The notes below the pieces were generated by a model, which saw only the letters and a list, made by a program, of their open reading frames with translations, searched no databases and had not been told where the DNA came from. Both the position numbers and the translations under genes were made by a program. 64,000 nt of DNA from a virus, in IMG/VR virus record IMGVR_UViG_3300006149_000007. The stretch is one strand, 5' to 3'. The stretch's first letter is position 1; every line of letters begins with the position of its first letter. This document shows positions 16,511 to 23,744 of the stretch, in pieces.

Positions 16511-17221
16511 ATGGCATATATAAGAGCAAAGGACCGGATTGGCACAATGGTTAATGGGTTTTATATACAGGACATAAAAAGAGAGAATAATAAAACGTTT
16601 GCATATATAAAGTGTCCTTATTGCAAAAAGCAAAAATGGACAAGACTGGATGATGTTGCAGCCGGAAAAGTTGTATCTTGTGGTTGCTATAACGCAGAAA
16701 ATAACTACAAGAAACCTATAGATATAAAAGACAAGATTTTTAATTATCTAAAAGCATTGGAGCCAACGAAAGACAGGGATAAGTCCAACGGCTCTATTAT
16801 TTGGAAATGCAAGTGTAAGTGTGGAAATATTGTTTTTATTTCCGCAGCAGACTTGGTAGAAAAAAGAGTACAGAGTTGCGGATGTCTTGCTGTGGAAGTA
16901 CATTCTAAAAGCGGGAAAATTGCAGGAAAAAGTGTTGTGGAAAACTTTTGTGTAGAAGGCACAAATATTAAAAATTTAACTGCAAAAATCTCAAAAAATA
17001 ATACATCTGGAATAAAAGGTGTAACATGGGATAAAGCGCGGCGAAAATGGCTCGCACAAATCGAATTTAAAGGGAAAAATTACAACCTTGGTCGATTCGA
17101 TAAAAAAGAAGACGCTGCGGAGATAAGAAAAATAGCAGAAGAAAATTTGTTCGGAGATTTTTTACAATGGTTCGCAGAAAGTTTTCCGGAACGCTGGAAT
17201 AAAATAAATAAAAATAATTAA
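16511..17221 (+). CDS. zinc-ribbon-repeat protein with AP2-type DNA-binding domain (paralog C)
   Basis: Two C..C...SCGC modules as in paralogs A and B. C-terminus GIKGVTWDKARRKWLAQIEFKGKNYNLGRFDKKEDAAEIRK is an AP2/ERF-like domain. Confidence 0.6.
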   Translation: MAYIRAKDRIGTMVNGFYIQDIKRENNKTFAYIKCPYCKKQKWTRLDDVAAGKVVSCGCYNAENNYKKPIDIKDKIFNYLKALEPTKDRDKSNGSIIWKCKCKCGNIVFISAADLVEKRVQSCGCLAVEVHSKSGKIAGKSVVENFCVEGTNIKNLTAKISKNNTSGIKGVTWDKARRKWLAQIEFKGKNYNLGRFDKKEDAAEIRKIAEENLFGDFLQWFAESFPERWNKINKNN

Positions 17222-17269
17222 AAAGCAATACATTTGCAAAGTTATACTTTTTTGATATAATATTATTGT

Positions 17270-17340
17270 TAATAGTAATGCATGGCGTGTTGCAATAATA
17301 ACATATAAAGATTTTTTTTAATTAATAGTAGTGCATGGCG
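17270..17340 (+). repeat. 18-bp direct repeat pair
   Basis: TAATAGTA(A/G)TGCATGGCG at 17270-17287 and 17323-17340. Confidence 0.6.
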
Positions 17341-17370
17341 CATTTGTAAATTTCTTTTAAAAAAATATGC

Positions 17371-17399
17371 TTGACAGTTTCCGGAAGTTGTGTTATTTT
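17371..17399 (+). promoter_or_regulatory. sigma-A-type promoter (extended -10)
   Basis: TTGACA, 17-bp spacer, TGtTATTTT. Confidence 0.45.
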
Positions 17400-17665
17400 A
17401 TCTAATTTTTATAATATACTTAAATACTGTATATAATATTATAATATACTAAGAGATATACTATATTTATTGTAATTAATATCTATACAGTAAAACATAG
17501 CATAGTGTATAGTATAAGCCAATACAGTATAGTATACACATATACAGATTATAGAATATACGTTCTTTAAATACACAGTTGACAGATAAATAAATCCATG
17601 GTATAGTTTAAATAATTTAACAGATTTACTTAATTTTTAGGATGGAATTGTAGAGGGAAACTTGG

Positions 17666-17716
17666 AACCCGGATTGTCTAGTCGCTTACTAGGCTTTCCG
17701 GGTTATTTTTATTTTT
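17666..17716 (+). terminator. terminator/attenuator hairpin in leader
   Basis: AACCCGGA/TCCGGGTT 8-bp stem enclosing CTAGT/ACTAG, followed by ATTTTTATTTTT. Lies just upstream of the TerS-like ORF. Confidence 0.55.
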
Positions 17717-17723
17717 AGGCAGA

Positions 17724-18368
17724 TTGGAGGTGTGGGACGTGGAGAAAGTGCAGGAACAGAAGCAAGAGGTATTTGAAAACGATATAGCGTTATATCTCAA
17801 AATGTTTTGTGAGGAACAGAAGATTGAGGATATGCGGACGGCTTCACAAAGCGTCTGGAATGCCGCGTTGATGTATATCAAACGCCATGTATTTAGTGAT
17901 AGTAGTATATTAAAGCTATCTACACCTTTAGAGGGTTATGTAAATAATAATTATACTACAGATAATAATATATATAAATTAAATAACAGTAACTGTAATG
18001 CTTATGATATAGATAAGCTAAATGGTATCTGTGATTATTATATATATATCTGCATGATGTATGATAAAGAGGTATCTGTTATAGGGTTTAGTAATTTGAC
18101 TGGTGTGAGTGATACTGTAATATACGAGTGGGGAGCAGATGACAGCAGAAAGCTAAGCTCTGCGGGTTCGGCTATATACAAAAAACTTAACCAATACCGG
18201 GAGGAAAGCCTATCAAACAAACTCGTAACGGGTAGGCAAAACCCTGTGGGCGTGTTGGGTGTGCTGAATCGGCATTATGCCTGGAATATGCCGGGCGTTA
18301 GGGAGGATAAGAACAGTAAGAGGGTTATATCTGCCGAAGAGCCTATCAGATTGGATGTTAGAGATTAA
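17724..18368 (+). CDS. putative terminase small-subunit-like DNA-packaging protein
   Basis: C-terminal part GFSNLTGVSDTVIYEWG...IYKKLNQYREESLSNKL..GRQNPVGVLGVLNRHYAWN resembles HTH-type TerS proteins. Likely GTG start at 17739. Weak call. Confidence 0.35.
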   Translation: MEVWDVEKVQEQKQEVFENDIALYLKMFCEEQKIEDMRTASQSVWNAALMYIKRHVFSDSSILKLSTPLEGYVNNNYTTDNNIYKLNNSNCNAYDIDKLNGICDYYIYICMMYDKEVSVIGFSNLTGVSDTVIYEWGADDSRKLSSAGSAIYKKLNQYREESLSNKLVTGRQNPVGVLGVLNRHYAWNMPGVREDKNSKRVISAEEPIRLDVRD

Positions 18369-18599
18369 TAATTAAATTGCAACAAATAAATTGTGTAAAA
18401 ATTTAATACAATTATCTCAGTGCAAAGCCTTAAAATCATTTAAATTTTTTACACACAATTATATACAATTTAAAAACCGCATAAAATCAACGTTTTTAAT
18501 AAATAAAAGCTATTTATTTATCGGTTAAGGATTGATTTAACCGATAGAATAGCTTAATTGTCAGAATATTCATAAAAATAGAAACAATAGGGTGGGGGT

Positions 18600-18623
18600 T
18601 ATATAGAACACGTGTTCTATATA
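18600..18623. repeat. perfect 24-bp palindrome
   Basis: TATATAGAACAC|GTGTTCTATATA. Confidence 0.8.
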
Positions 18624-18739
18624 TACTTAGTCCCTTGAACTCCCGTAAAAATAAAAAACCCCTTTATATACTAGTCTTAAAAATTTTTTAAAAATAAAAA
18701 GGCTATATATATTATATATTTCATACATAATTAGAACTA

Positions 18740-18965
18740 GTGACGGTTTTTCTTCGGATGGCAGACAGGTGCATTTGTCAGTAAAGACATACAAAATCCT
18801 ATGCAGTCCTCATAAACATAAATTGGACGGTGGATAGTTGATGTAGTGGGCCAACGCAGGATTAACAGTCATCTTCGCGAGTGTACGGTTCGAATTCGTG
18901 CCTATCTATGCGGTGTAGTAGCACTACACTAGACAGGAGTAAGGCGGTCACTGCCCTGTCGAATC
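18740..18965 (+). ncRNA. candidate structured RNA (unclassified)
   Basis: ORF-free and GC-richer than the flanks. Stems: GTGTAGT-AGC-ACTACAC (18913-18929), GACAGG/CCTGTC (18932-18960) with an inner stem, and a T-arm-like GGTTCGAATTC (18887-18897). Confidence 0.35.
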
Positions 18966-19035
18966 AAAAATAATGCTGGCAGGAACATTCTTTCTGCCAG
19001 ATAAACCGCAAAATGAAGTTAGGAGGGATTTTGAT

Positions 19036-19230
19036 ATGAAATGTTGTAGATGTGGCGATAGTCCAGAAAGTGGAAAAAGTTTTATTCCGATTGATGCGGC
19101 AGGAGCGCCGAACAGAAGATGGTGCTGCACGCAGTGTGCTAATTTGGTTGAAAGACAGCAAGCGAAAAACGCACTCGGAAAAGAGGGAATGGAAATATCA
19201 AGAATGATTGACTCTAAATTTTTGAAATAA
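19036..19230 (+). CDS. small Cys-rich protein
   Basis: MKCCRCGDSPESGK...WCCTQCANL, with RBS AGGAGGG. Confidence 0.4.
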   Translation: MKCCRCGDSPESGKSFIPIDAAGAPNRRWCCTQCANLVERQQAKNALGKEGMEISRMIDSKFLK

Positions 19231-19340
19231 CCTCATAAAAGCCATTTTAACGCTGTACCATATATTTCCTCACAAAAACACAAAAGAGGACGATTTGGGG
19301 CAAATAGGAGTGTTAGGGAGGTATTGAAAGGAGAAATTAC

Positions 19341-19913
19341 ATGAAGAAAATTCCAACACTGTTTGAAAGAGTATATGAAAATCACAAAGTCGTTGACTGT
19401 CTGCCGAATGTAACCACAGGAATGGAATGGGTACTTGAGGGAGAGGGCGTTGCAACGGTCAAAATTGACGGTTCGTGCTGCTCAATCATCAATGGCGAGT
19501 TTTATAAGCGTTATGATGCTAAAAAGGGGCGTAAAGTTCCAGATGGTGCTATTAAGTGTCAAGATGAACCAGACCCGATTACGGGGCATCTGCCTTGTTG
19601 GGTAAAATGTGACAGGGATAACCCGTCTGATAAGTGGTTTTGGGCGGCTTATGATTGCGCAATGATTGATTGTTTGAGCAAATTACAAGACGGAACATAT
19701 GAAGCTATTGGAAAGCATTTTCGCAACAATTCCTACAACATGGATTATGATGTGCTTGTACCACATGGCAGACAGGAAGTAGAGGTTGAACGTACATTTG
19801 AGGGCATAAAGAAGTATCTTTCAGAAAATTACATTGAAGGCATTGTTTTCTGGAAAGATGGACAACCTCAATGCAAGATAAAGAGGTCGGATTTTAGATT
19901 TGACTGGAAATAG
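19341..19913 (+). CDS. minimal ATP-dependent RNA (or DNA) ligase-like nucleotidyltransferase
   Basis: Motif I is VKIDGS (KxDG), motif IV-like is EGIVFWK, motif V-like is CKIKRSDF. 190 aa. Confidence 0.6.
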   Translation: MKKIPTLFERVYENHKVVDCLPNVTTGMEWVLEGEGVATVKIDGSCCSIINGEFYKRYDAKKGRKVPDGAIKCQDEPDPITGHLPCWVKCDRDNPSDKWFWAAYDCAMIDCLSKLQDGTYEAIGKHFRNNSYNMDYDVLVPHGRQEVEVERTFEGIKKYLSENYIEGIVFWKDGQPQCKIKRSDFRFDWK

Positions 19914-19919
19914 TTTCAA

Positions 19920-19991
19920 GGCGATATAGCCAAACGGTCAAGGCGGCAGTCTGCAAAACTGCTATTATCAGTTCGATTCTGATTATCGCCT
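19920..19991 (+). tRNA. tRNA-Cys: tRNA-Cys (anticodon GCA)
   Basis: Acceptor GGCGATA/TATCGCC. D-arm contains GG. Anticodon stem GCAGT/ACTGC with loop CTGCAAA. T-arm ATCAG-TTCGATT-CTGAT. No encoded CCA. Confidence 0.85.
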
Positions 19992-20096
19992 TTATAACGG
20001 ACTAGACAAAGCTAGTCGAAAAGCAAAAAACTCCGTAACTTGCCTGTCCGTTATTCAAATAAATTTACGGAGAGAAAGCATTGCGGAGGTGCGAAT

Positions 20097-21131
20097 ATGG
20101 ATTTTAGAAGCTTATTTATAGACAAAGATAAAATTGTAATGGCAAATATGGAACTGGGAGTTGCACTCAACAGCCTTGACGAAGCAATAGTGCTTAATCA
20201 GTTAAATTACTGGATTGAACGCAATAAAGACGCAAATAGGAATTTCCGAGACGGTCATTACTGGGTATATAATTCATACGAAGCGTGGAAAAAACAAGAT
20301 TTCCCTGTTTGGTCTGCAACAAAGATTAAACGGATATTTACAAGCCTTGAGGGGAAGGGGATTGTTTTATCTGCAAATTACAATAAACTTGCCATTGATA
20401 AAACAAAGTGGTACACGATTGATTATGACAAATTAAAAAAGTTTATTGAAGAATACTCGAAAGGTCAAAATGAAACACCGACAGACCAAGATGAAATATC
20501 GAAAGACGCTGATGACCAACCGATAGACCAAAATGACCAGACGTTAGACCAAAGTGAAAGAGCATTACCAGATACTAACTACAGAGATTATTCTACAGAG
20601 AATACTAACAGAGATTTACATACAGATACTACAAAGGATAAAACATTATCTAACGATAATGGAGAGGTAAAAACATCTTCTTCTGAAAACCGAAAGAAGA
20701 TGTCCGTACCAAAAACCGCCTTAGAAAAATATTTCGGCAAAAAAGCAGATGAACAGGACATGATGAAGCGGCTTGCCGATATCTGCATATCCAACTATGA
20801 CGAGGAAACCGCAAAAGATATATTTGAAACCATAGAGCATTATTTTAGGCGATATACTGACAAGACGGGGCTGATACACCCAATACTGAAAGATGAAACT
20901 CTTATACGCATAACAGAGAAAATGGATTGCTTTTATGATAGCGAATATTCACATTTTGAACGCCTGATAGGACAAGACCATGCTTTTATGAAAATGGTTG
21001 ACATGTTCTTTGACGGAGATTTTGGGGCGGTTAAGGGAAACGAAACGAATTATCATCTCCCTGCATTTATGACAGACGGAGTTTTGAATCGATTAGGGCA
21101 AAGGTTGTTTGAGTTAGGGGAGGTAGAGTGA
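20097..21131 (+). CDS. second replication-initiator-like protein (winged-helix N-terminus)
   Basis: LNQLNYWIERNKDANRNFRDGHYWVYNSYEAWKKQDFPVWSATKIKRIFTSLEGKGIV. The acidic linker carries iterons. ATG 20097 follows GGAGG. Confidence 0.5.
   Translation: MDFRSLFIDKDKIVMANMELGVALNSLDEAIVLNQLNYWIERNKDANRNFRDGHYWVYNSYEAWKKQDFPVWSATKIKRIFTSLEGKGIVLSANYNKLAIDKTKWYTIDYDKLKKFIEEYSKGQNETPTDQDEISKDADDQPIDQNDQTLDQSERALPDTNYRDYSTENTNRDLHTDTTKDKTLSNDNGEVKTSSSENRKKMSVPKTALEKYFGKKADEQDMMKRLADICISNYDEETAKDIFETIEHYFRRYTDKTGLIHPILKDETLIRITEKMDCFYDSEYSHFERLIGQDHAFMKMVDMFFDGDFGAVKGNETNYHLPAFMTDGVLNRLGQRLFELGEVE
20483..20552 (+). repeat. iteron cluster, 5x (A/T)GACCA(A/G)
   Basis: Copies at 20483, 20513, 20525, 20534 and 20546, inside the linker of the Rep-like gene. 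Confidence 0.5.
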
Positions 21132-21132
21132 T

Positions 21133-21657
21133 ATGGCTTACAGAAGTCCAGAAGAACAAGTAAGTAAAAAATTACGAGAAAAGATTTTGAAAAGGGATAA
21201 TTACACTTGCAAATATTGTAGGAAGAAATTTCCTGCTGAAGATTTACAGATAGACCATATCAGACCTGTTTGTTTAGGCGGCGATAACAGAGAAAGCAAC
21301 TTAACAACTGCTTGCTGGAAGTGTAATAACGAAAAGGGAACAAATTTAATGCCGGAATTAGAAACGGAAGAAAACAAGAGAGATTTTGACGAGAGATACA
21401 GACAAAAAGTAAAAAATTATGGATATTATACGAATTACATCAAGAAAGTATTTGTTTCAAGCGGTGTGGACTGCCTTATGTTGTCAAGACCGCAAATTAA
21501 TAGATATGTTAAAGCAAATATAAAAAACGATGAAGATTTTGAAAATTTCAAAATAAAGTTGAAAGAAATCGGAGCAGGTGGAATGAAAAAGGAATTTCTT
21601 AGATTTTTTGCAAGCGAGAGCAGAAAAAGGCTGAATAGTAGGAAAAAATCGGTATAG
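21133..21657 (+). CDS. HNH endonuclease
   Basis: CKYCRKKF...DHIRPVCLGGDNRESNLTTACWKCNNEKG. Confidence 0.85.
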   Translation: MAYRSPEEQVSKKLREKILKRDNYTCKYCRKKFPAEDLQIDHIRPVCLGGDNRESNLTTACWKCNNEKGTNLMPELETEENKRDFDERYRQKVKNYGYYTNYIKKVFVSSGVDCLMLSRPQINRYVKANIKNDEDFENFKIKLKEIGAGGMKKEFLRFFASESRKRLNSRKKSV

Positions 21658-21751
21658 AAATGACGGAGAGATTGTATTGAGTTTCCCACACTTTATGTCT
21701 GACACGATACGAGGAAATTTAGCAAATAGGCTTTGGAAGTAGGGAGGTAGT

Positions 21752-21985
21752 ATGATGTGTGAATTTTGTAAAGATATATGCAAACTTAAAAGAATAGATA
21801 ATCAGCATTTCAAAGGCTATTACCCAAAAGAAAATATAACACAGATTGTTCAGGACAAAGACGGAAAATTCCATATATGGTTTGATGGATTCGGAAATTG
21901 TTTTCAATGCGGAATAGACATTGAGGATATTAAGTTTTGTCCAAAATGCGGCAGGAATTTGACGGAGGTATCAACCCATGACTAA
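21752..21985 (+). CDS. small zinc-ribbon protein
   Basis: CEFC...CFQC...CPKC. Confidence 0.4.
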   Translation: MMCEFCKDICKLKRIDNQHFKGYYPKENITQIVQDKDGKFHIWFDGFGNCFQCGIDIEDIKFCPKCGRNLTEVSTHD

Positions 21986-22030
21986 AACCGAACTACTCTC
22001 AACCTACACAGCGGAAAGGAAAATAAAGCC

Positions 22031-22756
22031 ATGAACATATCAGACATTCAGAAATGCCAAGAGGAATACGAGAAAGTTTTGAAAGAAAGCCCTCTTAATG
22101 GAACAATAGATAAAATCTGCAAAGATATTCTTGAACAGAAAAATAATGCTATGGCAATGGAATTTACAAGGATAATCTCCGACTTGCTGAAAAGATACGG
22201 TGTGTATTTGCATTGCACGGAAACCAAATTTGGACGGAAGATAACCACAAATTCCATTGAAGAAAAATATGGGATTGTATTTGACAGCATGGACTTCTCA
22301 CAACATGACAAAGAATTTACGGATAAAATCGAAGAATTACAATCCGAAGTCAATCACTACCGCAAATCCTTTGAGGACGCAAAGAAAGAGCGTGACTGCC
22401 AGATTGCGGAGTATCAGAACAGAACCGAAAAGGATAAAACAGAACTAGAAAGAGCCAAAAACACCATAAACCAGATTGATAATATTCTGGAAAAGTTATT
22501 CGGTGTTCGGCATGATGTTGGAAAGCCAGATGAATTTGAAAAGATTTTGGCTGATAGAGCAAAAGGCAATGCTTCTGATTTTCTACCGGCAGAACCTATA
22601 AAAGTTGCGGATATGTTGATAAACGTAATGTGTGAGCCGTGTGCAAGCGTATTATCGTTTGGAAAGCCATATAGCATGTATGATATGTCAGAGTTAAGAC
22701 AGATTGCGGAACATTTGCTTGTGTATTGCAATCATAACGAGGAGGTAGGAGAATGA
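22031..22756 (+). CDS. hypothetical protein (central coiled coil)
   Basis: 241-aa ORF. Confidence 0.5.
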   Translation: MNISDIQKCQEEYEKVLKESPLNGTIDKICKDILEQKNNAMAMEFTRIISDLLKRYGVYLHCTETKFGRKITTNSIEEKYGIVFDSMDFSQHDKEFTDKIEELQSEVNHYRKSFEDAKKERDCQIAEYQNRTEKDKTELERAKNTINQIDNILEKLFGVRHDVGKPDEFEKILADRAKGNASDFLPAEPIKVADMLINVMCEPCASVLSFGKPYSMYDMSELRQIAEHLLVYCNHNEEVGE

Positions 22757-22947
22757 GTTTATCAACAGTAATTCAGAGCATAGAGCGAGAAATGTTTGAC
22801 AGGGCGACAAAAAGAAACTGCGGAAACTGTAAATGGTGGGCAGATAATGAAGTTTGTGTAAATGGGGATTCAGAACAGGTTGCGGATTTTACAGACAAAG
22901 ACTTTTCTTGCGACCACCACGAATTTAAGGAGAGTGAAGAAGCATGA
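22753..22947 (+). CDS. small Cys-containing protein
   Basis: ATGA overlap with the upstream gene; 64 aa. Confidence 0.4.
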   Translation: MSLSTVIQSIEREMFDRATKRNCGNCKWWADNEVCVNGDSEQVADFTDKDFSCDHHEFKESEEA

Positions 22948-23090
22948 GTAAACGAGAATTAAAACTTCATCTTGAAGAAAAATTAGAGGAAATTAGCGAA
23001 ATCTTAGACAAAGGAAACGACTGCGAACTCCGCGCATCTCCTAATGGCGTGGCTGTCATTAAGGTCAAAAAGGAGGTTGTGTCAAAATGA
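22944..23090 (+). CDS. small hypothetical protein (48 aa)
   Basis: ATGA coupling at both ends. Below the ORF-track cutoff. Confidence 0.3.
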   Translation: MSKRELKLHLEEKLEEISEILDKGNDCELRASPNGVAVIKVKKEVVSK

Positions 23091-23248
23091 TTATTGTAAA
23101 TTGTCCACATTGTGGAAAACAACATGTGTTACTGCCTGATGAAATTGAAAGATTGTTTAGGGGAGGAAAAGTGGTAATTACAGAATGTTCATGCGGTCAT
23201 ATGTATACTGTTGAACAGGGAGACGATTGCTATTTTACAAGTAAGTGA
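23087..23248 (+). CDS. small zinc-ribbon protein (53 aa)
   Basis: CPHC...CSC. ATGA coupling to the upstream ORF. Confidence 0.3.
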   Translation: MIIVNCPHCGKQHVLLPDEIERLFRGGKVVITECSCGHMYTVEQGDDCYFTSK

Positions 23249-23255
23249 GGTATAT

Positions 23256-23681
23256 ATGAAAGTAATATTTCTTGATGTAGACGGAGTATTGAACCACGGA
23301 AAACAAATAGAAAAAGTGGAAGATGATAAAATAGGACTCCTAAATCAGATTGTCAAGGCGACAAATGCAGAAATAGTTCTATCTTCTGATTGGCGTTATT
23401 GGCTCAATACAGATGATGAAGATGTGATACTTTTGGAAAGGAAATTAAGCAGTGTTGGCATAGATATTATGTCAAGTACACCCATAACAAAACATGGGTA
23501 TAGAGGGGCAGAAATATACCAATGGATAAACGAATGGAATGGAGAACAGATTGAAAAATTTGTAATTCTTGATGATAGAGATGATATGAAGCCATATATG
23601 AATAGATTGGTTCAGACATCTTTTGATTTAGGATTGCAAGAAAAGCATGTTAAAAGAGTAATACAATTATTAAACGAATAA
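23256..23681 (+). CDS. HAD-superfamily phosphatase-like protein
   Basis: Motif I FLDVDGVLN, then LSSDWR and a late ILDDRDD. This pattern resembles HAD domains seen in RNA-repair proteins. Confidence 0.6.
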   Translation: MKVIFLDVDGVLNHGKQIEKVEDDKIGLLNQIVKATNAEIVLSSDWRYWLNTDDEDVILLERKLSSVGIDIMSSTPITKHGYRGAEIYQWINEWNGEQIEKFVILDDRDDMKPYMNRLVQTSFDLGLQEKHVKRVIQLLNE

Positions 23682-23744
23682 AATATCTAAGGCTTACCCG
23701 AAGCGTGGGTAAGTATCAAACCGAAGTGTGGTTTTTCTTTTAAG

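Noticed and set aside
18831-18908. tRNA-like segment. It has a T-arm TACGG-TTCGAAT-TCGTG and a possible 6-7-bp acceptor pairing (GGATAG / CTATCT).
   Set aside because: I could not build a D-arm and anticodon arm with acceptable pairing in any register, and no anticodon stem forms. I treat it as part of an unclassified structured region, not a tRNA gene.
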